From Octopus sinensis (lineage: Eukaryota), in NCBI RefSeq assembly GCF_006345805.1, contig NC_043004.1:90644001-90708000 (forward strand): 64,000 bases of DNA. The letters are read 5' to 3'. Shown here one piece after another: positions 1-13,509 of the stretch. A program made the position numbers and the translations under genes. How positions within the stretch are numbered: position 1 is the first letter of the stretch; each line of letters opens with the position of its first letter. Below the pieces are notes generated by a model. The model did not search any database and had not been told where the DNA came from. It saw nothing but the letters and a program-made list of their open reading frames with translations.

Positions 1-214
1 GTACCTATTCTTCTGTATATCACCATAGACATAGGAAGACATGTTGAAAACTTTCTTTTAGGAAGCTGAACCTAACAAAAGTGATGAGGTTACTATAATA
101 GGTGGCCTCTAGTGAAGAAGACTTGTCCATCCAACCTTCATTAATTTGGAAAAATGGGTGAAAAATGATGCTGTATCTATGTGCATGTACATATGTTCTC
201 TCTTTTTCTCTCTC

Positions 215-258
<44 letters not shown>

Positions 259-279
259 GTTTGTGTGTGTGTACAGTCG

Positions 280-525
280 CTGGTATGCAGAAAGCACCAT
301 TCAAGCATGGTCGATGCCAGTACCGCCTGACTGGCCCTCATGGCATATAAAAAGCACCCACTACACTCTCGGAGTGGTTGGTGTTAGGAAAGGCATCCAG
401 CTGTAGAAACTTTGCCAGATCAGATTGGAGCCTGGTGCAGCTTTCTGGCTTGCCAGCCCTCAGTCAAGCTGTCCAACCCATACCAGCATGGAAAGCAGAT
501 GTTAAACGATGACGACGATGATGAT
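280..525 (+). mobile_element. RTE 3' UTR/tail retroposon (truncated LINE or non-autonomous derivative)
   Basis: AAAAGCACCCACTACACTCTCGGAGTGGTTGGTGTTAGGAAAGGCATCCAGCTGTAGAAAC...CCAACCCATACCAGCATGG...GTTAAACGATGACGACGATGATGAT matches 27585-27760. Confidence 0.85.
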
Positions 526-1310
526 ATATATGCATATCTGATTATATTTGGTATAAATACATATGTATGTATAACAATATGTTTCCACAAATACAAGCTA
601 CATAACTGTACTAATTTTACAGTCTGACAAAACTAGCAGCCTGTAAGTACAAAATTGGAGGTAGCTTTTATACAGTTTTGTCCTCTTAATGTTTCACGCT
701 CACATTACTGAGATGTTTGACATTTCATTCTGATTCACAACCATTCATAATGATCATCTAAATGCAGGCGTAAATGTAGTACAATCATGATGAAAGTACC
801 AGTAATTAGTCTGACTATTCCTTTTTCTGACCACATTTGTGATAATATATATATGCTGTAATAAAAGAGAAAGACAAAAGGAAAACATATTAGCAACTAT
901 GTAGTTAGTTAAATTTTTATTTTATTTTAGAGTTACTATGAAATGGTTTGGAGTGATGATATGCTTTGCCTTTTAATGTTGGGGATAGAAGCAAAGTAGT
1001 AGAGTGAATAAGGCATTTTGAGTTCAAATTTTCTGCAAGCGTTTCTTCATATTGAATTCTCTGTTTCAGCTCCATCTTAGTGATGTGAGGAACAGATAGC
1101 TAATCTTTCTGAAGTGAATCAATGCATAGCACTTATGCTTCTCTTTGGTTTTCCTACTAAATAAGATGTTGGATTATTGGGAGCAGCATTTTCTATGGAT
1201 TGAATTTAATTCTGCACCCTTGGTTAACGATAAGCAGATGATGGATGTATGTATGTATGTACACATCCATCCATATATATATATATATGTATGTATGTAA
1301 ACATACATAT

Positions 1311-1605
1311 ATATGTTTGTTCCTTCTCGAGCCACGCCTGGCTCACAGGGCTGGTTTCCTTGGCACATAGGTTCCCCACCTGGACGGGATGCCAGTCCGT
1401 CGCTGGTAAGCTTCAAGATGCAGGAGGAAAGAGTGCTAGAAAGTTGTGGCGAAAGAGTCAGCAGAAGTTCATCATTACCTTCTTCTGGAGCCGCATGGAG
1501 CATAGGTGTTTCGCTCATAAACACACTCATCGCCTGGTCTGAGATTTGGATCCGTGATCCCTCAACTGCGAGTCCACTGCTCTAACCACTAGGCCATGTG
1601 CCGCC
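1311..1605 (-). mobile_element. Third tRNA-derived SINE with a V-domain-like segment
   Basis: Head GGCGGCACATGGCCTAGTGGTTAGAGCAGTGGACTCGC...GGATCCAAATC (A box, degenerate B box); internal GCGACGGACTGGCATCCCGTCCAGGTG (1378-1404) resembles the V-SINE core as I recall it. Confidence 0.55.
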
Positions 1606-2672
1606 ACACACTCACACGCATAAATATATATAATGTAGTCAAAGAACTAAAGTCTCTTAAGTGATGCAAGCATCCTAGTTCTCTGGTTTATACCAGTGTG
1701 CAGTGAAAACCAAGTATATTAGTCTGTCATTGAAATGCATAGGTATTAAAAAACTTTATGAATGAGAAAATGAAGAAAATAGAAAAAATTGAGGTACAGA
1801 CGTTATTTATTCAAAGACATTCCAATTCTTGTAGAGAAATTCCTACCTACAGCTGTTTCTACACCCAACCATTTCAATTACAGAAGTAAAATTCAAATTC
1901 TCATATTTGAAACCAGTCAATTGGGTATTTCTTCAGGGAGAATTTCCAAAAGGAAGTTACATTGCGATGTGTAGACTAACCTATGATAAAATCAGATATG
2001 TGTTTTCTTGAATGCAAGTGTTTCTTAGAAAGTTGTTATTACCATATATGTATAAACAAACACATTCAACATATTTGTGTTTGTGCAAATATGATACACA
2101 ATAGTTCATTGATGGCATTATAGTAGCTAAGAAGTAGCATAGATACTACAGAGAGAAAGATAGATAAAAAACTAGTGAGTTGAGAATGTTATAGATAAAA
2201 CATGGAGAGAGCAGCTACACATATCAAGTAGTTCAGCATTATGCCTGTTAATAATACTGAAGATTATTAAAATATATTATATCAAATTCCATCTAAAATT
2301 GTTACATCATCATTAATTGCATAAATATATGGTCAGTACTCATGACATAAACACAAGGAGAACCTACATATTACTATATATAGAAAGTTTATATGACAAC
2401 CAAGTACACTTGAGGTGTCATTACCCCAAGACAATATGTTATATTTCAAGCCCAGTCCAATAGGTTACTATTGGAATTTTTATTAAATATTTCAGAGAAG
2501 TATGTTTAATCAAATTAAAAGTAAAATAGATATACATTACCACTTATATTAGATTTAACAAGTATATTATACTTATTCAGTATATTAAACCCCAAAAACT
2601 GCTTTCAAGAAAACACACACATCTGAGTTTGTCGTAGGTTAGCCTACACATCGCAATGTAACTTCTGTTATA

Positions 2673-2832
2673 GCTGAAGAATGGACAAAAATTCCTTTGG
2701 AAACAATTCAAACTTTGTACAAGTCCATATGTTGTAGGATTCAAGCTGTAATTACTGCCAAAGGCAGTCCTACCCTATATTAAAATAAATTTGTTTGAAA
2801 TTTTAAGGTGTTTCCATTATTTTGTCTAACCC

Positions 2833-2833
<1 letters not shown>
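2673..2833 (+). mobile_element. Tc1-like transposon 3' end
   Basis: EEWTKIPLETIQTLYKSICCRIQAVITAKGSPTLY* matches the Tc1 C-terminal W..IP......L..S...R...VI.AKG..T.Y motif, followed by TIR-like GTGTTTCCATTATTTTGTCTAACCCT. Confidence 0.7.
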
Positions 2834-2888
<55 letters not shown>

Positions 2889-5800
2889 TGTGTGAATAGG
2901 ATGCTAGTTTGATGTACAGCAGTATTCTCTAAAGATCTGTTGCTCATTTTAGATAACTCAGTGAAGTGATGTAGGTAGATTTGCTTTCCCACAAAGGGAA
3001 ATGCACAATGAATGAAAGTGCCAGGAGTGAATTTGAAATGAAGATTTATAAGCTTGTCATACAATAACTAATCTTCATATTAGATATTTAAATGCTAGTT
3101 TGAAACAGAAAAATAGTAATCCTACTGACTAGACCCTGGCCATGAATATATTGTTTGTTGGGCAACTGGATTAGCAGTTGTGCTACAGAGCACATGCCAT
3201 TTCCTCTCTTAATATTAGATACTATAATGTGGTTTACTGTTATTTTAATTAAGGCACTTAATATCTGCTTGAGAATTCACCAACAGGGTAGGTTGTATCC
3301 AGTTCATTTGGTGGGAGTTACTTAAATTTGTATTATTAACATTGGTTGAAATAATTGGTGGATTGCCTCTATTATTATTTGAAGCCTCTCTGAGAACTTG
3401 AACTTGGCATTGGAATCTTACAAATCGCTTATTTATCTATAGCACTTCTGGGTACTTATCTATCATCAAATGGACTGGACTATGCACGGTATTGCCTCAG
3501 TTAAATATGAACCTTTGGTTGTTAGTTTGACTCATAACTGAGTCAATTGTATGAAGCTGTGCACCTCTTGTGTATAGTGATTAACCATTGAAGAATCAAA
3601 CTAGACTGAGTTTGACATTTACTTTTATAGCAACATTTATAACTCAACCCTCTCTACTATCTTTTGCTAAAATGAAAAGGGAATAATTTACTGATTGGAT
3701 ATGGTAATGGTTTACTTGCTCAAAAGTCTTGAGTTTAAATCTACTGCACATGTTGTGTTTCTTTCAGAGCATTTTTATCTTATATTGCATCAGTTCAACT
3801 ACCTGTCTGTTTGGAATATCCCCTGTGATTGATTGGTGTCCTATTAAGGGGTAGATTTAGCTCTCATCAGCTACAAGCTATGAAGCTGAAGTTAAACCCT
3901 AACTTCTTAAAAGTTTGACAGAACTCAGGAGGCTTTTATATTTTATCTGGAGAATTTAATTCTCATGCAATTAATGCAGCAAAATGAGATGCTTAGATTT
4001 ACATTTACCTATTATAATATTATAAAAAATAATTTCAATGACTTAGAGAGGGAAAAGCAGCATCTATGATTCTTTACAGGGCATTTGAGAATTTGGGCAG
4101 ATTTAGCTAAACATTGTTTTCAGTATTTTGTATATTAAGCTGGTGTTTGGAATTTAAGACAGTCTCTGGTGGGAACTATCATGGAAATAATGCACACTAT
4201 GCCAGTATGATCTGCTCAGTATCCAGGTCTTCTGCAACAAACTCCTTTTTAGAAATAGGGTTTTCTGTGTAAAATTGCTTCACTTTCTTTAATAAAAGAG
4301 CCTGAAAAACTAGTGAGAGAGTTTTTATACACTCACTGGACCTATTCAGTGTGATTAAACCTATCAACATTTTTATAACCAAGCCTATAAGGAAATCTTT
4401 ACATCTTGCAAGAAATAGCCAAATCATATCCTACTGTCTGAAAAAGAAAGGACACATTGGATAATGGAATCTTAGATACAGTATGGTTGAAAAATGTTGA
4501 GTTAGCTACAGCTGCAATGCCATTGATCATAAGTCGACTGGGTCAGTGTTTTTGATAGGATAGCCACATCTAATCTTGATCAAACAAAATTCTGTTCAAA
4601 TCATCATGCCTGATATTTATGTAATGTTTATATACAATACTACTTCTGTATTGTGTTGCTTCTATTGAACTCTGAAATTCTAACATTACTACTCAATTCT
4701 ACCCCTGTCTATCTGATCATATATATTTGTTATTCTTTTATATTTGATATTTGTGTCATAAATTGGATTGTTAATACATTTGACACTATAAAATTGTTTC
4801 TGAAAGTCAACATGATACCTGGCAATCAACCAATAGTTCTGTATCTTGTCACTGTCACTGTGTAAGATATTTAACTCTTAATTGGTCCCAGACCATATTG
4901 CTGTTAATAGCTACTGTAAAGTAGAAACAACACACTGTTATGAGCAGCAGCAACAGACCTATAATTGGTGATTTGTTACCCTGTGTAGTTTAGTTTCTCC
5001 TTGTAAGTATTACCTTGGAGAGAGATGACTTCTGTCAAAGAATGTATTTGATTTACAAATGATAAAATTTCCTGTGGAGCCCTTGAAATTGTTTGGATTA
5101 AATGGGTTGCAACTACCATTATTCTTTAAAGTCATAGAAAATTAATGTCTGTGTGTATTATCATTTTACATCTACTGAGTTGACAGGATCTGTCAGGTTG
5201 GAGGACGAAGTCTTGTTCCAAAGTCTCAGTTTTGGCTTGGTTTCTCTAACTAGATGCTATTGAAACCACACCTTTTACATATACATTTGTGTGGGTGTGT
5301 GTGCTCATGAATGTGCATGTGTGTCTCACACACTCACTCACATACTCTCTGACACTCTTAACTGCCACTCACAGATGAATATGATCTAATAGTTTGTATC
5401 CTGTTTTCACTAATCGTTTTAGGTGATTGTGTAGTCGTGAGTTGACAGACATTCCCTGACTTTCCCAGTTTCAACTCAGCATTACATTAAGGATAGCTGG
5501 AGGTAGAAAGAACTGCACCTGATACTCATTTTCATCAGAATAGACTAGAGCTATGTGAAACGATGTACCTAAGGACACAGTGTGTCATTCTTATGAGGAA
5601 TTGAGTCTTTGATATAATGACTGAGCCATGTATCTTCTTAGTGGATGCACACACACACTACACCCATCCTCTTGAAATACAGACACTTACAATGCATAAA
5701 CATGTGTACTAAATTGACATGCACACCCACTACATGAATGCATGTTTAACACCCCTCCCCCATACATTAGTTATTTCATATATCCACGAATTGCATGAGC

Positions 5801-6948
5801 TGTACTAACAAGAGAACCCTGTCCTATTCTGTTAGTGCTTGAATTTTGCAAAAGTGAAAACTTTGATCTCTCTCTCTCTCTCTCTCTCACGCACGCACGC
5901 ACGCACACACACACACACACAGAGTTCTTTAGTCTATCTTTCATGCTATCTTGTGTTAGATGACTATTATTTAATCATTATTTTGCAACTGAACACCCTT
6001 CCTGTTGCTAACTGTTACCTGCTTCTCAAGTTGGAGATCTCTTACTTTACATGTCCTTAAAGGCGCAAAGCCAGTGGATGATTTGACAGGAGAGATGACA
6101 ACAATGATACTGTAACTCATGGGGGTTTTGGAAGTAACAGCAGCAATGTAAAGACACACACCTTCTTTAGTGCTGTCTCTTGTGGTTGAGGATTTGAATT
6201 TCCTGCTGATTTAGTGGTTTCCTCATGCCGATGTCTGGGGCTATAGTAATGGACACCTGTCCAAGATGCTGCACAGTGAGTCTGAACTCCAAACCACATT
6301 GCTGGAAAAGCAGCTTTTTTAAACTTCAGCAATACCTATATTTTTTTTATGTATATAGCATAATCTTCATCATTGAGTTTACATTTTTTTTCTATGCTAA
6401 CCTGCATTAAACATACCTTGTTGGAGTAATTTTTTTACAGCTAGATGCACCATCATTTCAGCAATCCTTATTTCCGAATGAAGTATTTATTCTCCAGTCT
6501 TTCACACCTTGAATCATGCAGTTGCCAGACTTGTCTTTGCTATAGGTGTAAATTATTGACATTACTAAATGTTGACATTGTTTCATGCTCTAAACATGTA
6601 AGCAATATCAAAACAGAGATGGAAAGAGACAGACATATGATACAGTCTTCTGTATTGTTTTTGGTTACTGATTTTATGCACAGGCATTAGTCAGGTTGAA
6701 GCTATAAGACATTTGCCCATTATGCTGTGGGAATAAATCTGAAGCCGTATGATTGTTGAGTGAATTTAACAACACACCTATGTCTTATATATGATCTCTC
6801 TCTCTCGTCAATGCCATAAAGTCTGCAAGAGACATTTCAAGATCCACAAAGTTCAGAACTTAACTGCAGCTCTTGGTGGTTCAAAGCAGATATGCAATTT
6901 ATGTGGGTGTCTTTTCAAAACATTTTCTGGTTAACCAGTAATATGCAA

Positions 6949-6986
<38 letters not shown>

Positions 6987-9559
6987 TGGAACTGATTTAC
7001 TGTGATCATTTTGGGATGAATCTTTTTTAATTAACAATAACCTGCTGCTATACCAAGCAGCGGATGTAACAATATCCCTAGCGTGTATGAGACTCACTTA
7101 TTTTAATAACATTATCTCTGATTACAATAATGGCTTCTGCAGTGTGTGAACATGCATGCACGTACACACATACACAGACACGTTTGTGTACATGTCCAGA
7201 AAAAAAAAGGAATGGGCACAGTTTTCTTATTGGCACAATGTATGAGTCAAAAGGCTGACCTTTTGATTCACACACACTGTTTGAGTCAAAAGGCTGACCA
7301 TTTCACTCACACTACATGTATAAATATGCATTTTTCCACATCACTGTATTTATTCATTTGTTTATGTCTATTTGCTGAGGCACATGGCTTAGTGATTAGG
7401 ATAAGGTTGTGGGTTCAATTCCTGGATTGAGTAGTGCATTGTGTCTGCCAACAAGCTATACCATTTCATGTTTCTCCTGTGTACTCAGTTGAAGAGTACC
7501 AGCCAACTTCTGGGGTTAAACCTGTCTCCTCTCAGCTGTTACATCCTTAATGTTCCCCTTGGTCTAAGCGTGGAGAGCCAAGAGGGTTGCTATGTCTGCT
7601 TGCCTAAAAGGTGTGCCTAAAACAGTTAAGCACAAAGCATGCTACATCATACTCACTTGCAAATAAGGGCTAAGTTTTAAGTTTGTAGCTGTTTGTTGAC
7701 TTCCTGTTATATTTGTTGTTTGTTATGTCCCCCATTCATCACCCAAGTGACAAAGAAATTATTATTGTTGTTTTTAACAGCACTTAGGAAATTATGATCA
7801 AAATCATAAAATATAGTTAATGATGATTAACTGTATTTTATGATTTTGATTCCAAGCTGGCAGTTATGACATTTTGTCCCAGCATGGCCACATCTGAATG
7901 GTTGATAACAATAAAAGAGTACACAGTGAATTAACATGTTCAAAGAATTAAGAAATTTGTTGGATTTTTTTTTTTTGGTGTAACTTAAGTAAAAGCATAA
8001 AATCACTTCACTTTTACCTGGACTGTAAAATTATATAATCTCTGCTCATCTCTTGTCCTAATTATTGAGTAGATGTCCAGTTGCAAAATTGACTCACACA
8101 CTCACACTGTGTGCACATGCACACATGTGCATGCATGCATACACACATACACACATACACACTCTCTCTCTTAAATATAATAGCCATAAATTTATTATTT
8201 AGAACTCAGGATTGATTTGGGGTCTAAAACTAATAGACGCTTCTATCATTTGTCAGGCTAATTTTTTTTCTACTAGAGGTAGCTAACCCTAACAACATTG
8301 GAAGCACGCTGAAGTTGTATAAAGAAAATAAGCTATAAATAGTAATTTTATTTTCCAAAACATCATTCATGAAACATTAGCCACTTTTAATTCCCAGACA
8401 TCTTAACCACCCACACTTAGTGAATCCTTTATGTTCACATCAAATACTCAGCTAATTATACTTATCTTCTCTTCAATTTTACTGTTCTATTTTCCTATCG
8501 TGACTTTTTTTTTCTCCTCTTATAAGATACAAAGTCAAATACTTCTAATATATATGCGTCATAGCATTTAGATAGAAAATTCTTTGTTTTAACTTTTCCC
8601 ATTTACTTCCACACTCCTGAGCAAAAGAATCAGTGTTATCATTAGTTCCTATACTAGTATATCTTCTACCAATGTCCTACCAGTTTTGACCCCATTGTGG
8701 AATGCCTTGCATTTTATTAGTTTTTATTTTATTTTTTTAAAATTTTTGCTGCTACTACTGTTGTGGTTGTCTTATGTTTCTACAGCTTTTAACGCTAACC
8801 CACTATCAGCTCATTAAATGAATGCTACACATGCATGTGATCTGTATAAATATTTGTGTATGTATGTGTGTGTATGTACACACATAATTATGTGTACGTA
8901 TCAATGTTTATTTTCATGTCAAGTTATATATATAAAAACAGTTTAACATTAAACTGAAGAATTACTCATATCTTTGTAGTGAAGTACAAATTTATTCATT
9001 TTTTATAAGGAAAAGGTTGATAGTATCTTCAAAGTTTTGGCTTTCTTATTATCAGATTGTGATTTACTTTGATTCTTTGGAATTGACTTTGATTCTTTTT
9101 GACATTACTTTGATTCTTTTTGACTTTTCATAATCTTTGCAAACTTCAGCCTAAGTTGGTTGTGCAACACTCATTAAATTGTGGGAGTGTTACTTGAATA
9201 TTTTGTCTGCATATAGGGCATCTGAGGCAAACCATGCTTATTAACGATACAGTGTTCCCACTTTCTGCAAGAGTCAGCTTGTCTCTTACATAATATATTC
9301 TTTTCTACTCTAGGCACAAGGCTTGAAATTTGGGGAAGGGGGTCAGTCGATTAGATCAATCCCAGTACACAACTGGCACTTAATTTATTGACCCCTAAAG
9401 GATGAAAGGCAAAGTTGACCTCGGCGGAATTTGAACTTAGAACATATAAAGAAAGAAGAAATACTGCTAAGCATTTCGCACAGCATGCTAACGTTTCTGC
9501 CATATTGTCATGCTGAATATAACTATTTGACGATGTTCATCATTCTCTATGCTTGTTGT

Positions 9560-9750
9560 ATGACTGTATTCTAGCCATGAATTTCTCCCTTTTGTTCAGA
9601 CATAGTGTATCTGGAACCACATTATCTAATGCGTTCTTTCTCCACGTGTCTGTGGAGTGCTCAGCCACTTACACGTTAATTTCACGAGCAGGCTGTTCCG
9701 TTGATCGGATCAACCGGAACCCTCATCGTCGTAACTGAGGGAGTGCTTCC
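9560..9750 (+). repeat. SINE-like interspersed repeat remnant
   Basis: GC-richer island ...GTGGAGTGCTCAGCCACTTACACGTTAATTTCACGAGCAGGCTGTTCCGTTGATCGGATCAACCGGAACCC...; single copy in the window, family assignment uncertain. Confidence 0.35.
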
Positions 9751-10117
9751 TTCCCCTTGTGTGAAGCTATGATTTGAAGAATAGTTGACTAGCTGCTCAA
9801 CTAACTGAATGAGCTCCTTCTTTGACTTACAATAGCTAAGTGGATGTAGTATGAAACCATTGACTCTTTAAGTTTTCAGTTCACATACGCTATAAGTATT
9901 CCATATTATGTGAAGCAATGAAGTAATTCCATATGTTTCACTTGGGAATAGTTGCCAAAAAGTTTCAAGAATATTACCTGTCATATATTAACATTCTCTC
10001 CTGTAGATTACCTCCTAATTAGTTAGTGTAAAGAAAATAGTGCTGAGCTCCCAGTTCTTATGACACCTTCAATCTTAGAATTATTTAGATTATGTATATT
10101 TAGTCCATCTGTTAACA

Positions 10118-10507
10118 CTCTCTTTACTTGTTTCAGTCATTTGACTGCAGCCATGCTGTAGCACCGCCTTTAGTCGAAGAAATCGACCCCAGGACTCATT
10201 CTTTGTAAGCCTAGTACTTATTCTATCGGTCTCTTTTGCCGAACCACTAAGTGACGGGGATGCAAACACATCACCATCGGTTGTCAAGCGATGTTGGGGG
10301 ACAAACACAGACACACAAACATATACATATATATATATATATATATATAAACATATATACACAATGGGCTTCTTTCAGTTTCCGTCTACCAAATCCACTC
10401 ACAAGGCTTTGGTTGGCCTGAGGCTATAGTAGAAGACACTTGCCCAAGGTACCACGCAGTGGGACTGAACGCAGAACCATGTGGTTGGTAACCAAGCTAC
10501 TTACCAC
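10118..10507 (-). mobile_element. CORE-type SINE, near complete
   Basis: Same tail-(TA)n-head layout as 61756-62181. Confidence 0.85.
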
Positions 10508-10666
10508 GAGACTTGTAACCCATTAGATTATGTCATTATTGAAGATAACCTCTCTACAGGAGTGCATGAGACAGCTTAATGTTTTCAGCATATAGCTGTT
10601 GGAGGACCTGAACTTAGCTCTGCTACCTTATGAAGTAGTATTATTAGAGTTGGACTTGTAGGATCT

Positions 10667-11464
10667 TTGTGGTTATCGTCACTGTCTACAACTTTGTTCC
10701 AATTGTTTTCAATGTTGGTATATGGATTAAGTTTTGTATACTTGAAAATGAGCATTTAACACATCACCGTGAAATTCTGTTAGCATATTAAGCAAAGAAG
10801 CACCATGTGTTCCTTAGCTGATTGCGAAGAACTCTGTATCCATAGTAACCAAAGATGTTGCACATGTGCACAAGGAGTGCAACCATCAAATTTAGTGTAA
10901 TCAACAAATTGAGAGTACCTGGGCATCTTAAAAGTGTGGAAACAAATGATGGTGTGGGACACCATTCCATGGTTGACTCTTATCTTTGTGACTTTATGTG
11001 GAGAAGGAGATATAAGAAAGATAATTTATTTTATAAAATCGTAGGGTGTATTGCAAACTTTCATTCTTAAGTTTTTTAACTAATAAATGTCTGTTTTAAG
11101 TAATGTTTTGACTGTTATTTCTAGCAACGCCTGTTGCTTTTAAATATTTAATTTGCTCGCGAATCTTTTAATGTTTTTTCACTGTTTACTGTAGTTAGTT
11201 TAATGTTTTGACATGCTGGTACCTCCCCCACCACTCTTTCTTACTACCGTGACAGTTGATGGAAGAGGCAGCAAGCACGCAGGTTTCTGATTGGCTGAAA
11301 ATTCTGAAAACTATCAAATTTTGAACACCTGTAATATTTTGGCAGAATTTTTCTGTAATAAATGAATAGCAAATTCAGATTTAGTATCAAAAATTACATC
11401 TATAATGATACATTAAAAAAAAAATTTTTTTAAAGATTTCAACATGCAGTGACAATAACCACAA
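10667..11464 (+). mobile_element. Merlin (IS1595/ISXO2-like) DNA transposon remnant
   Basis: Inverted ends TTGTGGTTAT(C/T)GTCACTG (10667-10684; 11447-11464); internal QIESTWAS*K..NK..CGT (10905 onward) and MVDSYLCDFMWRRRYKKDNLFYKIVGCIANF match the ISXO2-family IESxW...LDSYLxEFMWRRR C-terminus. No TSD recognised. Confidence 0.62.
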
Positions 11465-11874
11465 GTATTCAAAATCTTGCTGGATCAACTTTGCATTTTA
11501 TATTTCTTGGGCAAAGAACTAGAATTGATGTAATTGATTGCACTCCTTTTTTTTGTCTTACCAAATTTGTGGCTTTCTGTCTATGCTAGAAATCATCACT
11601 AATATGTAAGATATCAATATTTTAATGCAAAATATCACTATCACCATCATCATTATTATTTTTATTAACATCATTGTGTCACCGAAATCTGCATTTTTGG
11701 ATTCACTTTTAATTATTGTTATGCAGGCCTTCATTTAACTAGAGTTGGGATCATGTTAAACAAAATATTTTTTTTTACATTAGGAAGTCATTGTGTATGA
11801 GAATAGTGGACTGTCTCATCTGAACCACCCATTGAATCTCATTTCACAATACTGTCTGCTTCTTATATTTATAC

Positions 11875-12830
11875 ATATTTATTTATTTTATCTAGTTTCA
11901 GCTCACGAGCTATGGCCATGCTGGGGCACTGCCATTCGGTGTTGATACATGATTTTACTTCACGAATGGTTTTTAGCAATTGCCATTTGGTGCATGAGAG
12001 AGTTCGATGCAGCTGCCCTCATCTGCACCTCCTGCCATGAAGTTGGTTCATCTGGGACACCTGACAGGAAGAGATCCAGTTTTATTTTAAAGACATCTGC
12101 ATCCACCCCATGCAGGTCTCTCAGGTCGTTCGGGAAGATATTGAAGAGCTGTGGACCTCTGAAGCCCAGACTATCACAGTATCTTGTCCTACATCTTGAT
12201 GGCAAATTTGGAGTCCTTGGCACTATGCAGTGGCGCCCAGTTTTAGTATTTGTGTAACTCTCGATGCCAAAGTTTGGGACAAGTCCTTCCAGATGTATAT
12301 TATGGCATATCTTTCTTGCCTAAACTCTAAGGAATAGAGTCTTAATCTCTTCAGTCTTTCCCAATAGCTTATATGCTGCACACAGGCTATCTTCTTCGTG
12401 TAGCTTCGTTGGATCACCTCAAGTTCTGTGATTAACTTGACACTGGACACTGGATGGTGACCATAGCTGAGAGCAATAGTCAAAGTGGCTTAGGACAAGT
12501 GTCCTCCAGAGGACCATCATGGTTTCCTGGTCTCTTGTTCTAAAGGTTCTAAGAATCCATCCGGTCAGCTGCCTACATTTCATTGCCAATTTAGCAACAT
12601 GCACATGAAAGGTTGCATCATTACTCATGTAAATACCCAGGTCTTGCACTGACTGTGCCTCTGGGATTGCAATCCCTCCAGATCCAGTGTATTTATTGGG
12701 TATTGCATTTTGTTTTGCATGCTGATAGCATATCTTGTGAAAGATGTGAGAATATTCATGGTATAAAGTAGATTGCTGCTTGTTGGATGCCATGTCTTCA
12801 GACACCTAAACAAAAGTGCACCAGGTTTAG
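11875..12830 (-). mobile_element. CR1/L2-group LINE 3' fragment (RT thumb and C-terminus, 3' tail)
   Basis: Minus-strand QDLGIYMSNDATFHVHV...WILRTFRTRD...RTLVLSHFDYCSQLWSP, ELEVIQRSYTKKI...SYWERLKRLRLYSLE.RQERY, GPQLFN..P...FKIKLD.FL..VPDEP are typical CR1-group C-terminal motifs; a CCAGTGT duplication near 12440 shifts the frame; AT-rich tail near 11875. Confidence 0.85.
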
Positions 12831-12834
12831 TAAA

Positions 12835-13509
12835 TCATTGAAAAATCTCACATTGTTTGAGGCAGATCCAGCAGGTATCTTTAAATATTTCGTAACCCAG
12901 GTTGAGTATTGTGTTTATCACTTTGAGCCAAAGACATAGAGACAATCCATGGAGAGGAAACCTCCTTCCTCACCAGCTCCAAAGAAGGCCAAGGTTGTTC
13001 CATCTGCAGGGAGGGTGATGACCTCAGGTTCTTGGGATGCAAAAGGTATTGTGTTTATTGACTATCTTCAGAAAGAGCGCACTATCAATGGAGAATACTA
13101 TGCCAACTTGCTGAGGGAGTTACAAGACCAAACACCCATGAAAATTGTCAAAAGGGGTCTTATTTCATTAGGACGATGCTCCAGCACACAAATCCTTGGT
13201 TTCAATGGTTGCTGTGTGTGACTGGCTTTGAATTGATTGATCCTCCTTCTTATCGTTTGGATTTATCTGTTCCCTGACATGAAAAAATACTTGCTGGGAA
13301 CCAGTATTGCAGTGATGATGATGTCATATCTGCTGTTGACTTTTTTGACCAACAAGTTGAAAGCTTCTTCACCAATGGGGTCCAAACACTGCAACACCAA
13401 TGTAAGAAGTATGTGGACTGCAACGGAGACTTTGTTGAAAATAAACCTCATTTGGTCACATTTGATGAGAGTGTCTTGGTTAACTTATGAACTTTTCAGC
13501 TGATCCTCA
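12835..13509 (+). mobile_element. mariner transposon 3' half (decayed)
   Basis: EADPAG...VTQ.E..VYHFEPKT*RQSM, PAPKKAKVVPSAGRVMTSGSWDAKGIVFIDYLQKERTINGEYYANLL; ends CTTATGAACTTTTCAGCTGATCCTCA followed by TA. Confidence 0.8.

Noticed and set aside
1530-1605. tRNA gene (also the SINE heads at 21581, 39415, 42758)
   Set aside because: A/B-box-like motifs are present but no complete cloverleaf; each continues into a SINE body.
3585-3620. TTGAAGA followed by a perfect TCAAACT/AGTTTGA hairpin as a hammerhead
   Set aside because: The GAAA core element is missing after the stem.
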